A stretch of 64,000 bases of DNA, from the NCBI GenBank assembly GCA_964057225.1, contig OZ059898.1:5208001-5272000 (forward strand), read 5' to 3'. Below, in pieces: positions 50,300 through 64,000 of this stretch (within the stretch, counting starts at the first letter, position 1; each line of letters opens with the position of its first letter). A program made the position numbers and the translations under genes. Under the pieces are notes generated by a model. That model did not search any database. It saw nothing but the letters and a program-made list of their open reading frames with translations, and was not told where the DNA came from. Origin of the DNA: Auanema rhodensis (Eukaryota > Animalia > Nematoda).

Positions 50300-53200
50300 A
50301 TGAATACCATCACGGCAACTCCAACAGAACCTGCTAAGGAATATAAGTAAGCCATGATGGCGTTTTGACAAATAGAAAAAAATATTTTGATTACAGAGTA
50401 GCATTGTCAGAACTAGTCACTAATAACAAGACTCAAATCAATCTACTTACTATCCTGGCAGAAGATTATCAGACATTTGCTCCAGAAATCGTAGCTGCAA
50501 TAGAGAACCATATGTATTCTGTAAGTTCTTCACTTGATGTTTTTGTCAATGTGTATTCTTTGCAGTGCAATATTGAAAGTAAATTGCCTATATTATATGT
50601 TATTGATTCTATTCTAAAAAATGTCACAAATTCTCCATATAAAGAATTATTTAGTAAAATAATAAGTAAAATTTTTCTACATATATTTATTCATGTAAGT
50701 TTGTTTGAATTAGTAGGTTTATCTACATATGAACTTCAGGGGGACGAAAAAGTTCGCTCAAGTTTGTATAAAGTTAGGCAAACGTGGAATACTATATTTG
50801 GTCAAACGTTGTTATATAATTTGGATAAAAGTGTTAAAAAAGAAGATAGCGCGTGGCCAATTACTGGATCGCCCGATAATGCTTCAGAAAATCACAATGG
50901 AGGAAATCGTGTACATGTTAATCCACGTTTCATTCAAGATAACAGAGTAAAGATGTTCAATATTTATGTTGTTATTATTTTTGTTTAGTCTCGTGATCCC
51001 CGTGTTTCAAAAAAGAAAGAACAGAAGGAAAATGGAGCTAATGATTTGTTGTTAGTTTACTAGTACTCTGCGTTCTTGCATGAAATCTTTTCAGAGAATC
51101 TTTACTTGGACATCGTAGCCCAGCCCAAATTGATGGAGCTCCTAAGCCAGCCTCACCTCTTGGTGGAAAAAGAAAGCTTCCGGAAAATAATAATTATCAT
51201 GATCGTAAGAAAAAAAGGTCTCCGGTGAGTTCGAGGGATAAAGACCTGCGACGACCTAGACACGATGATCGGCATTCGCGACATGACGACCGACGTCATG
51301 ATCGTGAACGGGAACGGGAACGTGAACGTGAAAGAGAGCGTGATCGTGAGCGTGAGCGTGAACGTCTTCGTGAGCACGAAAAGTAAGTTCATCTCTTTAA
51401 AGTTGAAAAACAAGTTTTTTTCAGATCTGTTGTTGCTTCTACTATTTTGCCAGGATCTCATGCCTTCAGTGCACCCGTTATTGCCGTAGCTAATAATACT
51501 CCACCATATACCTTGCCTCACCCAACCCCAAACTTCCCTCCTTCTACTGGTACAACCACAGAACCCCCTCAGGCATCAGTGCAACCTCAAACATTTTACC
51601 CTCCAATTAGTCAGCCAGGTTTGTTCGATAAAATCTTTTAAACCAAAAACTGTTAAATGTATTTCGTGCAGGTCCTACTTCTAATTTTATGAATCCGCAG
51701 CACCCAGCAAGACCAGGCTTCCCAAATGGTTTCCCTCCTGCTCCAGTTCCTCCATCACAACCAGTAAATAATGCTTTTTCTCCAGTAATCACTTCAACTT
51801 TCTCTAGGTTCAAATTACCAACGATACAGTCCGGCTTGATGGCATTCCTGCTAATAATAGAATATTTGTTGATGGCAAAGCACATGAGGTGTTTTATATT
51901 GAAAATACAGCTGTGATTGAGAGAAATGGACTTCCTCACAGGTTTCTAATTTTTCATGCAGTTTATTTCTATCTTGTTTTCAGGATTTATTTCTCTGGAA
52001 CTCCCCGAAAAGTAGTTATTGATAATACGCCTTACGAGCTTGCATTTGGTGAAGCTAAAACAGTTTATATTGATGGACTGCCCCATGTTTTACGTTTTGG
52101 TGCTCCAAGTAGGGAACTGTATATGGGTGATTTCGCTTTCAAGGGTCAATTTGGAGGTAATATAATTTGTCTAGTTAGTTTTAATACAAAATTTATAGGA
52201 CCTCCCATTAATGCAACAATAAACCGCGTACGACATCAAATTCGTTTGGCAGGACCAGCTCCTGAAGTGAAAATTGAACCTGATCCTGCACATGACCTAG
52301 CTCGTTTCATGCCTAGTGTTCGCGAAAAAATCGTTGTGGAAAGAAAGCCATGTGATCTTTATTTTTTTTTTTAATTTTAACTCTGAATTTTTATAGTGGA
52401 AACTTCGTTTGGACACATCGAAAAGATTCTCTCCTTCATTCAAAATAAGCGGCCTGCTCTATCAACTATCACGAAAACAGAGCCTACAAAAACAGCGATT
52501 GCTCCCCCGAGGTTAAAAGAAAATACTCCACCAATATCGAGTGGACATTCGTGAGTTTTTAAGAAATTTTTATACCATTATTTTAATTATATATTTAGTT
52601 TTGACAACGTAGTTAGAGCATCTGCTCCAGCATCTTCTCTTAGAGAGTTCTCCATGCAAACATTGAAAGTGTACGTTCAAACGTGACTAAAATCTGTTTT
52701 AAAAAAATTTTTCAGCCGGTATGATGCTATAGTTGAAGCAATTCACATGAAGCAAAAAAATGCTTGCCCACATTGTGGTCTCCGAATGGAGCTGAGGGTT
52801 CGTTCATATTCCTTTTATTTTTCATTTAAGAAAAACTTTTAAGGGTCCAAAATATGATAGACATCTTGATTGGCATGTTAAGAAGAACCTAGAAACTTTA
52901 GATAGAACTAGTGCTAGCAGACCTTGGTATCCAGCTAATAAGGTATGTATAGTTATATTGCTATTGTAAAACCTTTTTACTTCTATAGGAATGGCTAAAA
53001 AGCGAAGATGAGCCCGAGACTGCTGCTTCGAAACCCTCTGGTGGAGGTTTTTAATTATACATTTAATGGCTATATTATATTTTCATTTTAGAATTCCACG
53101 ATGAGGCTGCTTATACGGGTCCAGCAGTTGTTTCAAATGAAGCATCAAGCAAAGTAGGATATTAGGAGCTCAATGTTTTTTACTTATTGTTTTAGGAATG

Positions 53201-53455
53201 CGATGTTTGTGGTGAAACATTTGAGGAGTATTTCGACGAGTTCGACGATGTATGGAAGTATAAAAATTGTGTCTTAATGGATGGCAAGGTAAGCATTGTT
53301 TTCTAAAATCAATTATTCATCGTTGAACATTTGAGGCATATCACTCCGGCTGTGCACAAGACGCTTCAAGAATCGACTTATCTGTGATATCACTTGATAA
53401 TGAAAATAATTCAATTGTTCCAGATATGAAGCCGTTAAATAATGTTGCAAATTAG
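50300..53455 (+). CDS. pcf-11: Pcf11 cleavage/polyadenylation and termination factor (multi-exon)
   Basis: N-terminal CID (LSELVTNNKTQINLLTILAED...KLPILYVIDSILKNV...RVHVNPRF), an RE/RD repeat at ~51290-51380, a C2H2 finger (CPHCG...HLDWH), RPWY, and a second finger (CDVCGETFE...YHSGC). Confidence 0.92.
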
Positions 53456-53781
53456 GGTGTTTCGTGAGAAAGAGTTAAAAAGTATATATTAAGGAAGCAA
53501 ACAACAAACTAAAGTTCGCGTATCACATAAATTAAATGTACAAAACACAAAATTGGGTTGATTATCTTTCTCTGCCGGTATTGATATGCTTCTTGGTTGT
53601 GCGAAAATAAATATTTTTATTTTTCTTGTACCCTTTTTATATTAATATTTCACGGTAGTGTTATTTTATTGTACTTGTTATTATTCAATAAATGGTTTTC
53701 TTTTGAGTTATTTTTGATTACTTGTGTCATGGCTCACGACATACCTTGTATGGGCATAGCCAATTAAAAAAAATACACTAG

Positions 53782-54898
53782 ATGTCGACACTGTCGATCC
53801 TCCTTGAGGGTAATGCATGCTCTTGGGGAAAATTGGCTACTAAGCACGGTCAATCGGTGATTGCTGATGTAATTAGATCTGTGGTATGTATTATGTATAC
53901 ATATTCCATAAACAAGTGTGTGTTCAGGTTTCATTCTCAAATGCTCACCTTTCCTTATCATCCGGTAATAAGTTATTATTATTCATGTTTGCCGCAGGCT
54001 TGAAGCAGAAACTGTTGTTTAATTCACGAAAATCAGCATCTACTGATTTTTCTTTGGTTATGATTAAAGCTATACGAGAGGGTTTGAACATCTCGTCAAA
54101 CAATACTGATATTTCTATATCCAGTCCTCTAGCTGGCGTGTTATGTCATGCTATCTGCCGTAAGTGTTTAAATTGAGAACATACAATAATTTCTTTATAA
54201 TAGATATGAAGAGATCAAGTGTTTCTATTATGAAAGATTCATCAGATTCAACAGTAACAAATACACAATTCATCAACGGTCGTGTAGTAGTTGTTTCCAT
54301 GACCGAGGATTTTGGCTCTGAACATGGTATGCTCTGGAGTAAGTAAACGATACACATCTTTTGCTTTCAGGCCCTCTTATGAATCTTTTTTTTTCTGCTG
54401 CCAAACATGGTATATGCGTTGATGTAATATCTTTGGGAGAGGCTAGTCCTTTACTTCAGCAAGCTGCTGATATTACTAGTGGCATGTTTATTCAAGTTGA
54501 TAATCCCAAGAAATTACTATGTAAAATGATGGTTGAGCCTATTTTTATGAATTGCTTTAACTCAACGTTTTTCAGACGAACGTTTTAGGTGACCCAGGAT
54601 CTCGTTCTATATTTCCCCAGCCCACGTTAAAGGTAGGTTTTACAACTTTACAAAATAATTAAAACTTTCTGTGATTTAGTCCGTTGATTATCGAGCTTCT
54701 TGCGTTTGTCATCACCAATTAGTATCAACTGGTTGGGTTTGTTCTGTGTGCTTATCCGTACTATGTCAATTTGTTCCAATCTGCACATCCTGCGGGTAAT
54801 ACATAATTTTGTTTTGTTCTCAGCTTTTTTTTTACAGAGCAGTGTTCAAGATATCTGGATTTCCTAGGAAAGTTGTTAAAAGAAAAAGAAAAGAATAA
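53782..54898 (+). CDS. gtf-2H3: TFIIH subunit p34 (GTF2H3/Tfb4)
   Basis: [17 protein letters not shown]...[13 protein letters not shown], and the C-terminal [10 protein letters not shown]...[11 protein letters not shown]...CTSC zinc finger. Confidence 0.92.
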
Positions 54899-55074
54899 TT
54901 ACATCAAATCACAGTATATCTACCGGGTCTTTCTTCTAAATGAAGTAATATTGTATAATGTTTTCTTTTTTTCCCAATTTGGTTATTAGTTTCCAAATAT
55001 TTTGAATTATTTAATTATGATCTCTTTACATAAGATTCAGTTTATATGATATTTTAATTACGGGATTTGGTGAT

Positions 55075-57461
55075 ATGCAGCAAGATGATCAATTTTCGAT
55101 TACGGATGTCCGTCATATTATTGAACATTCAAGACGAGTATTGTTCACAACTCTTGATGCATTGGAAGGAGATAAAACAATTGTCTGGGATAGAACATTG
55201 ATGAAAAGAGTTAATGTGGTACGGAATAATGGAGTTTTTTTAAGTTCTTCACTTCTAATAATCCTTCTAACAGTTTGCTGGCCCATCTGTGCTGAAAAAG
55301 CATGGAGTTGTAGCCAATACAGCCATTGATCAAAATCATTCAACTGACACACCACATACTATATTTTTTTTGGCTCCAACTCTTAATGCTTTGGAATTGT
55401 TATGTACATATATAGATAACTGCGGTAAAGATTCGGTACGCATGATTCGTACTATGTCGGAGTGACTACATAATTATTTCAGAAGTCACTATACCAAGTT
55501 TTTTTTGTACCTGAAGCGTGGTATGTGGTTAGAGAAAAATTGAAAGAAAGAAGTAGTGGGAAGGTGAAATATGATCAAAGCAGCGAAATTATTATTCTTT
55601 CATTCAGTATTTTGAAAGGTTAGAATCCGTACAAGATCTTCCTCTTTGGTGGATTCCTCGGGATGGGGAATGCTTATCATTAGCAGAACCTCAGCTTGTT
55701 TCAAGGTTGGTGCAATTATTTTTTTATTGTATTTTTGTAACAGAATGTGTTTTCATCGGGTAATACGGTGTGAGAAAAGCTTTTGATATGCATGTGGATT
55801 GTTTGAGTTTCCTGCTATCAAAGTTCATCTGCGCTTTTTTAATCAACAATTTATATTTTTCAATTAAAACAATAATCACTAAGATTGCTAATCAATGGCG
55901 ATTGGACATATTTACATCGATGTGCTCTTGCTCTACATCAGCTTATAAGCATGTGCCCGGGGAAAGTGCCCGTCTATAGTAAAGGAAAATGGGCTCAAGA
56001 TGTTGCAAGAATGGTGACCAACATGAATGCTCCTACGGTATTGTGCCATGGTTTAGGAAATTATGTACACTTATTATGTTTAGGACTCACAATCAGGAAA
56101 AAGTTTATGCCTTAATCGCATTGTTATTATCGACAGGTGGTTAGATCCTTTGACGCCACTTTTAACGCAATTAACCTATGCGGGACTACTTGATGAGTTG
56201 TATGGAGTTAACATGGTTGGATCTATCAAGGTACTAACTTTAAAAGTTCTAAAAGGACATCTACATGTAAGGTGCCAAAAGCTGAATTCGAACAAAAGGA
56301 GGAAGGCGATCCATTTGAATCTAAAGAAATCTATTTGGTAGATGAAATTTATCATCGTTTAAAACATTCTCATATAAACGCTATTGGCCATGAACTTGGA
56401 GGAATTTTGCAAGAAATCCGTTCTGATGAAGAGGTTTCAGAAGCTTCCTCGAGCATTTGATTTTTTTTTCAGTATGATAGAGATAAAATGTCTATCGCGG
56501 AATATCAAGTGTTAGTGAAAAAAATGCCTCAAATCATGAAGAAAAAAGAAATGTGTAATACTCACATGAGATTGGCCGAGATGATTCAATCTCAGTTATA
56601 TGATGTGCTAGTTGATCAAATCAAAGTACAAAAAGGTATTTCAAAATAACAATCTTTATCTGAGACTAAACATCTCTTGTTCTTAAGACTTGCTTGAAAC
56701 TAGTGATCCAGAAAAGGTTGTACCTTTCATTGAAGATTCAATTATTGATGCGGTGGATTCATCTGTGGTATTACGGTATGAAAAAAAAATAAGAAAAATA
56801 AATCTATTTATACCTAAGACTGATTGCCGTGCATTCATTGACGGCAGGTGGGCTGAAGCCTTCCATTCTTGCAGCTTATAGACGTATGATAATGCTGGTA
56901 GTATTTTTAACTAATTTCCAGTATTTGACACGTTTATCTATAGAGTTACGGTGTTGACGCTGTTAACAAACTGTTGAAAATGCAAAAAATGGGTCTAGTA
57001 AGAGAACGTGGAGGTAGTGGTAAACTTGTTTGTGATCATAGCCAGATGACTTATCCACAAATGAAAAAACAATATGAATTAATTGTTGATGATGTTCGTG
57101 AGTCGGTAAGTTGTCTTTCATACGATTTTTCTAGTTCCCCTATAAATTTCAGGACAAATTTAACCCGGCATATGCCTACAGTGGCTATTGTTCTCTATTG
57201 TGTCGCATTATAGCGGAGGGCGATAAGATCAAGTGGGTAGGTTGGAATAAATCTGGTGATCATGGTGGAGGAGGTTAGTTTACTATAACCGTCTAAACTG
57301 ACTTAGTGCTCTCAGACGATGACCAGACAGCCGTGTTCATTGTTGGAGGAGCAACTAGAGCAGAATTAGCAGTAATCAAACAACTACCGAACATATCATT
57401 AGTGCTCACCACTGCTTTATTAGTTGGAGATAGTCTGATTAATAATATAACTACAATATAA
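55075..57461 (+). CDS. vps-33: Vps33 Sec1/Munc18-family protein (multi-exon)
   Basis: LDALEGDKTIVWD, IIDRWLDPLTPLLTQLTYAGLLDELYG, AYAYSGYCSLLCR, VFIVGGATRAELA. Confidence 0.9.
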
Positions 57462-57893
57462 GAACACGTTATGATTTCTATATTACCACTTATTTATTGA
57501 ATGAACAGTAATTTATTGGTTTAGACACAATTACTTTTGAACACGTATTAACGTAAAACACGTCTCTGCGAAACGCGGATCATGTGTATGAAAGAGAATG
57601 AAACATACAAGAATTTGGAGCTATAACTTAACATGAAATTAAGAAGGTGGAATTACACCGGAAAGTCAAAGTATAGGAAAAGCATGCAAAGGGTTGTTAG
57701 TACAGCTAAAAGAAAGCAATGTTATCGTCATGCGGTAGAAGCATTTATAACCAATCAAACTAATTAACAAGGGGAATCATAAATATTAAGAAATTGTCCC
57801 CATAACGAAAGGTATCCACCTTCGGTGGAAGATGACCATATGTATGTTTATATAACCGTATTGATATCAGCACAATTAAAACCCATATAAATT

Positions 57894-60800
57894 CTACAAC
57901 TCTTCGTCCCTGCTTGATGAAAGTGAACGTTGAATGATTGGAGAAGAAGGAGGTCCCATTTTCTAAATTATTATTTTGAATAGTTAACCTAATTAATTTA
58001 AAACTTACAGCTCCACGTGGCCTGAAAAGTTCATGCCGAGCTAATTCGAATACATCGGCGCGATCTTCCTTCCTATATTGTAAACAACGTAGGATGAAAT
58101 CTTGAGCAGTTAAGCTCAACTGTAAGTCAAAGTTTAATAAAAAAAACATATTAAATTATTACTTGTGGTTTGGGAGGGAATGTTACTTCAGTGGCCTTTA
58201 TTATTGTGTTTTCCTCTAAAATCTTTTGTTGAGTTTGCTCATTTCCAAAAGGCTGAAAACAAGATGTTCACAATATAATAAAATAAAAAATTACCTTTTT
58301 TCCATAAATGCATTGATAAAATATAACACCAACACTCCATACATCTACCTTGGAACTTATTCTAGGAGGAGCATGACCCACAACAAACGTTTCCGGGGGT
58401 AAGTACCTGAAAAATATATTCAAAAATAAACAGTGAATGCGAAAACTAACCAGTATGTACCAGCGAACTGAGATGTCAGTTCAAGATCATCATCACTGCT
58501 TTCCATAATTTTTGAAAGACCGAAATCAGTAATTTTGATTGCACCGCATGCCGTTCCAGATTCCAACAAAATATTTGCCGGTTTAAGATCATAATGAATG
58601 ATTGGCGGCTTTTTCTCATTTAAATAAACGAGAGCAGAGACGACCTATACAAGAATGCCTATATTGACCCAGGTTAAGGTTGCAAACAAACCTGCATGAT
58701 AATACTTCTAGCTTCTTTTTCCGATATGCATTTGTTCTGTTTGAGATAAAAATCAAGATCGTTGCCCGGACAGTATTCCAAAACGGTGCAAAACGAATGA
58801 TTATCAATAGTGAATAAATCAAAAAGTTTAACAATTCGACAGTGATCCAAAGATTTATGAATATCTTTTTCCCGCATAGCGTGTTTAACATAATTAGCCT
58901 CAAAATGATCATTAATCATCGTAAATATATCAAAAATTACCTTCTTTTCCTCTTTCCATTCCTTATTGACATGATGGATTTTACACGCAACATAACGATT
59001 TTCCTCCAAATCATATGCTCGCCATACTTCGCTATAAAAAAATCATCGATAATAAATGATAGGCGTATGTTGAACTCGAGCACACCAATATTGACCTAAT
59101 GCCCCCCTCTCCCTCTACATCCCAACCCTAGCCTATCACGATTAGAACTGCGTCATACGCGACGGACTACAAATCAATAGCAAGCAACCGGTGAAAAAAA
59201 CCCAGTCGCCCATATTCACTTCACAGCATTTAAAACAAGGAAAATAGAAAAAAATAACACTAAAAACAAAACACCAACCTAAATCCTCCTTTTCCAAGCA
59301 AAGCTAAAAGAAGGTAACGCCGGCTTGATAGCATTTCATGATCTTTATAACGAGAATCCCGTTCATTCGCGGCCCTTTTTAGTTCTCTTAAATGTAACTG
59401 TTTCTCCCGTTCAAGCCTTTCTTTTTCTGATACGAGATCAGTTTCTTCTTTCTTGAGATGCTCTTTCCTTAGTTTATAAATCTCCTCCTATAAAATTAAT
59501 TTTACTTTACCAAACGCGATTAAAGATAATTGACTCACAAGCTCAATATACTCTTGTAGATTGATTTCCTTAGGTTCTTCGGGTCTTCGGAAAACTGAAT
59601 CCTCAGTGGCGTTGGAAGTTGATGGTAGAGATCCGTCATTAATAGTTGATATGGAGTTTGAGATAGTCCTGAAAGATAATCAGATAAAATTATCAGTGCC
59701 GAACGAACTCACTTTTTCGATCCTTCTTTGCCTGGTCCAACAGGTTTTCTTTTTTTGAGCAATATTGAAGCATTTTGAAGTTCCAATCGTTCTTGATTAA
59801 GATGCTGTACCTTACGATTCAGCTCATCGTAAGCGTAACCTTCGGCCTGAGATAACGTACAAAATATAAAAAAATATAATTTGACACTTACAAATACGTC
59901 TTTGAAAGAATCACTGTGTCTAACTAATTTATACTGTCCAATTCTAGGAGTATCAGAACGAGTCTAAAAAGGAAAAAAAGAAATATTTATAATATAGATA
60001 ACTTACTTTATCAATAAGAGATTTACGTTCCACTGTGTTCTTTTCAATAAGCAATTTCCTAATTGCTTCTTTACATGATTCATTCTTTCTTTTTTCATTA
60101 TTCAACTAAACACGCAAAATTAAACAGTGAATTTGAATGTTAATAAAACCTTAGTTTGCAAATCATCAATTTGTCTACGACAGTCCGCTAGCATCCTATC
60201 TCGCTTAGCAATCTCTTCAGTGGTAATAGGATCAGTGTCAGTCTATAGTTAACTTGTATATAAACAGTGAATACCGATGGCTTACTGTAAACTCAGTTTG
60301 AGTTTCTTCATCTACCCGTAATCGCGTGGGAGGACTTTGATTAGAATTACTATTTGAATCAGATGAATAATGTAAATTAGTAGGAGTGGTTCGATTTATA
60401 GGGGATGGTGATTGGACATTCCACTAGATAGAAAACAATAAAAGTGAATATAACTTATAATAAGGATACCTGTCCACAAACATTTTCATGAATATAAGAT
60501 TCGCCATTGCTCGAACTACTAGCAAACCGTTTGGGACTAGATTGTGACTAAATAAGACATTAATAGAAAAGGGAGAAAAGAATGTCATACCTTAATAAAT
60601 TCTGTTATTTTTCTTTCAGCTTTGGGAGTTTCTTCGCCGCGTCTTCTTTTGCGCGCAGATTTCTTCTCACTTAATATTCTACCAAATCTATAGATAACAA
60701 GAATTATAATAAAAATGTTATATAGCACATACTTTCCGGGTGTATCAGGTTCCCTATCAGAGGTAGAGCCAGCACTACTCAAATTACTACATTCATTAAC

Positions 60801-61079
60801 GTTTTGGGGAGGATGGGCAAAAACACGCATTTGTCCATCAATACTATCCTCGTTAACTGGTTGCAATGCAGCATCGGTAGGACAGACATGTCCATCACCA
60901 CCGAGGTTTTGAGTCTGTAAAGACAATTTCAAAAATATAACAAATTAGAAATAATAGCAAACCGTAGGGAAAGTTCGGCTAGCTCTAGGACCAGTATTGA
61001 AAATCTTCTGCTCAAGCTGAGAATGATTTAGTTGGTCAAACCTCTGCTGCTCGAGTGGGTCAGCCATGGTAGTCATCAT
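57894..61079 (-). CDS. tlk-1: Tousled-like kinase (multi-exon)
   Basis: [89 protein letters not shown], with upstream coiled-coil exons. Confidence 0.95.
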
Positions 61080-61673
61080 TTGTGAGGCATTCAAGCAAAT
61101 GGATAATGAATTTCTGGAAGCAAAAAATTTTTTAAAAGTTTTTGGTCAGAAAATATGCAGTCACGTGTATATTCCAACACAATAATTGTGAAGAAACCCT
61201 CATGCTCCGCCCCTTACATTAGAGTACATTCATCAACGGTAAACGTAAAAGATACATGAATTATGATAAAATACCCATTCCTACACTCAAACATAAGAGA
61301 CTGATAATTTTCCAAAAAAATGATAAAACAATAAAAAATCAATAAAAACATCACGTAGTTACATAGAAAAAAAACATAAAAAAACAATCAATACAATATT
61401 TGAGGCGCCAGAACTACTAAACATTCCGTCCTTGGTCACAATGGGTCCCGACCCGCGTGGGATTACTGTAGTTGGATCACATTTGGCATAAAGCCACGCC
61501 CCTTTGATGAGGGGCAACGACTTTTTTATCCATCACGGCAGTGTTGAGTTTTGTTTTGAAAGTTGTTTTGTTGATTTATCATTAAAAAAACGTTAAGTAA
61601 AGTAAAGTTGATTGATTATATTTTACATCAAAGATAAAATAGTGAAGCACAAAATGCTATTTTAGAAGCAGAA

Positions 61674-62997
61674 ATGGATTCAAAAAGGGGACAAGGAGGT
61701 GGTGAGCAAAATACCGAAAGGTTTGTTCTGTTTATAACATATTATAAATATCATAAAAATTAGCTTCCTTATTCATAAGGAGAGTAGATGTAAAACTGGG
61801 ATTTTAGAAGGCGTAATAATGCTGGGAGGGATCAGAGGATGCTTGCGTCCATTCAAAGTGTTTTGAGTGGTAGACCTAGTAATAGGAATGGTTTAGTGAC
61901 GAAATCAGCACGAAATAAACAAAAAGTTGAAGAACAAGTTGAAGTAAGCGATGAAATTAATGAGGAAACTATTATAAAGTTCAGGAAATTCCAAATATAG
62001 ATGCATTAATTGAACAAGTGTCCGACTTAAATATGCGTTCTGAACGCTCTGCCACGCAAATAGGTATCGACTATTTTAAACACAGTTTAAATGGCTGTTT
62101 ATTAAGCTAGAAACATTTCTGCATCAAAGTTACTAGTTGATATGGAAGAGGATGAGTGGGACAGGTTTATTGATAGTCTTATATCAACCGCGATACATGA
62201 TAGTGAAACCGACTTTGTTGTCAGTCTCTTCGTGCCTCTTATGGGTAAGAAAAAAGAAATCGTTAAAGATTTCCACGTTATCATTTAAGAATTCGAATTG
62301 TTTTGCTCCACTATGTCACAAAAGTTGATGACCATGTGTTCTTCATATATTATGGATGGCGAGGATGACTCTGATGCTATTCCCGCTTTTCTAGGTTCTA
62401 TCTTATGTGCTAACTGGCCACGTACGATTTCAAAAGTAAAAGGGATTATAGTATTTGTTCAACCTTTTTTTCTTAGGCTATTGATACTGTAAATCCTGTT
62501 CTTTTCGACGCAGTTTCTATCATTAAAGGATGGATTCTTGTTTTAACAGAAGATAATGAGGTAGGTGATTGATTGTTTGAAATATTGTGAATTTATTTTC
62601 CAGGCTTGCCGAAATGAAGATGACGGTGTTCAAGATCCAGATAGGGAGGAACCCGAAATCGTTAACAGGTATCGATTTTATGATTGATATTTGTGTACCT
62701 TGTGTATGACGTAGATGTGCTAAAGCCATACACAGCCTATGTGCAACAGCCCAAAGATCATTATGGATGAAATGGCCAGATATATGTGACGAAGTGTATG
62801 CCGCCATTAAACCAGCAATTACTTATAATACATCTTTATCTGGGTGAAACATGGATGTCGGATATTATAATTACTATTCTTTTTTTAGAAATGTAAAAGA
62901 TCTCTTACTACATACGCTAATATCCTTACACTTATGGACTAAAACTAGATCTACTACAACGAAATCAGTTTCTACTCAAACTATTTCAAGAAGTTAA
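61674..62997 (+). CDS. Uncharacterised helical protein, possibly MIF4G-domain (SLIP1/MIF4GD/CTIF-like), multi-exon
   Basis: Consistent exon chain from MDSKRGQGGG to ...KSVSTQTISRS*. The segments VNPVLFD and DEVYAAIKPAITYNTSLS-NVKDLLLHTL resemble the end of the SLIP1 MIF4G domain from memory; the family call is tentative. Confidence 0.6.
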
Positions 62998-64000
62998 GTT
63001 GTATATGTTTAAACATTCTTCTCTACCGAAAATCGTTTTGTATTTTTATATTTTGCCCTATATTATAGTTTATATCAACTTTCTCACGAGTTTGAATATT
63101 ACATGTTGTAAAAAGTGTTAACTCTTCATATCTGTATAAGCTGTTTAAATGGCAGATTTTTAATAGGTTTTTTCTAACAAATTAATTCCAAGATAAGATT
63201 GTTTAATTTCGAAATGTGATCTCAATGTTGAAAATTATCTAATAATTAACATAAAGCTTTATCTTTCCATATCTGTTAAATTAGTTTTCCATTATCCAAT
63301 TATGCCTACAACGTTTTCAGTTTTTTTCCCGATGTTATTAGCATACTATCGCTGTAAGCATGTTGCTAAGCAAAAATTGATTCTGTTCCAGAATCTTTCG
63401 TTGCCGCATCTTAGTCGTTTCGATGGCAGTAGATTTTGTCAGTTGTCTGATCTACAACAAATTCAGACGAACAAACCAACGTAAATTGGGTATTGGAGGA
63501 TATTAGAGAACGTGATGATGGGCTGGCATGGAATTATGTGGGAACAAAGTATTGTTTGAAAAGAATGGAGGGAAAGTAAAGAAGTTCAGCTCCTGCTGCC
63601 AGTCTGGAGTGGCAATGAAAGACGAGGACCTAATATAGGAAATATGTAAGCGCGCATGAGAAAGTTCGACCGAAAAGGCAAGCTATGATGGAGTCGCATC
63701 TGCAGGTCAGTCTTTTGCTCTCATTCTTTGTTCCCCCCTCTGTTTCTTTCTATTCTAACTCCTACTCTCGTTCTCTCGTTCTTTCGTTCTTATCCTCTCA
63801 GCTCCGTTAGTCTCTGTAGGTTAAATTTTGCGAACGCAAGTAATTGTTCGTCTTTGAAACCACAAATTCAACGTTGGGGACGAGATGTATCCAAACGATG
63901 ATGATCGCTTAGTATGGGATAGTATTTATAAGTGGAAGAAATAGTGTGCTTTTGACCGGAGAAAAACGACAATATGGTCTAGTATTGGTTTTGAGTCTGA

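Larger units (their letters stand above)
50300..57461 (+). other. Probable trans-spliced operon pcf-11 > TFIIH p34 > vps-33
   Basis: Same strand, with stop-to-ATG gaps of 326 and 176 bp. AATAAA at ~53687 is followed by a U-rich stretch and an acceptor AG at 53781, ~95 bp later, the typical SL2 spacing. Confidence 0.65.

Noticed and set aside
51290-51380. (GAACGT/GAGCGT)n repeat
   Set aside because: It is the coding RE/RD low-complexity tract of pcf-11, not an independent element.
63390-63480. Two small hairpins near the window end (possible ncRNA)
   Set aside because: The stems are short and lack convincing box motifs. Context is cut off by the window edge.

Overview
AT-rich eukaryotic DNA, most likely from a nematode: introns are ~45-55 bp, there are trans-splice/operon-like gene clusters, and the proteins resemble C. 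elegans orthologues. The left 40 kb is gene-poor and microsatellite-rich. It is bounded by a minus-strand Yippee-like (YPEL) gene and a plus-strand nlp-10-type neuropeptide precursor gene. It carries a very young, apparently intact 9.1-kb BEL/Pao LTR retroelement (endogenous belpaovirus, 7517-16657). The element's single 2764-aa ORF encodes Gag-PR-RT-RH-IN, a phlebovirus-like mini-Gn and Gc class II fusogen, and then an extra ~248-aa C-terminal domain I do not recognise. That domain has a possible signal-like leader, a coiled coil, a canonical LC8/dynein-light-chain motif (KDTQT) and NLS-like basic patches. The LTRs look identical by eye, but the 3' LTR lacks its last 17 bp and there is no clean target-site duplication. 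The right 21 kb is gene-dense: ttll-4 and a SMARCD/swsn-2 gene (-); pcf-11, TFIIH p34 and vps-33 (+, probable operon); tlk-1 (-); and a MIF4G-like gene (+). All calls are by eye, with no searches run.
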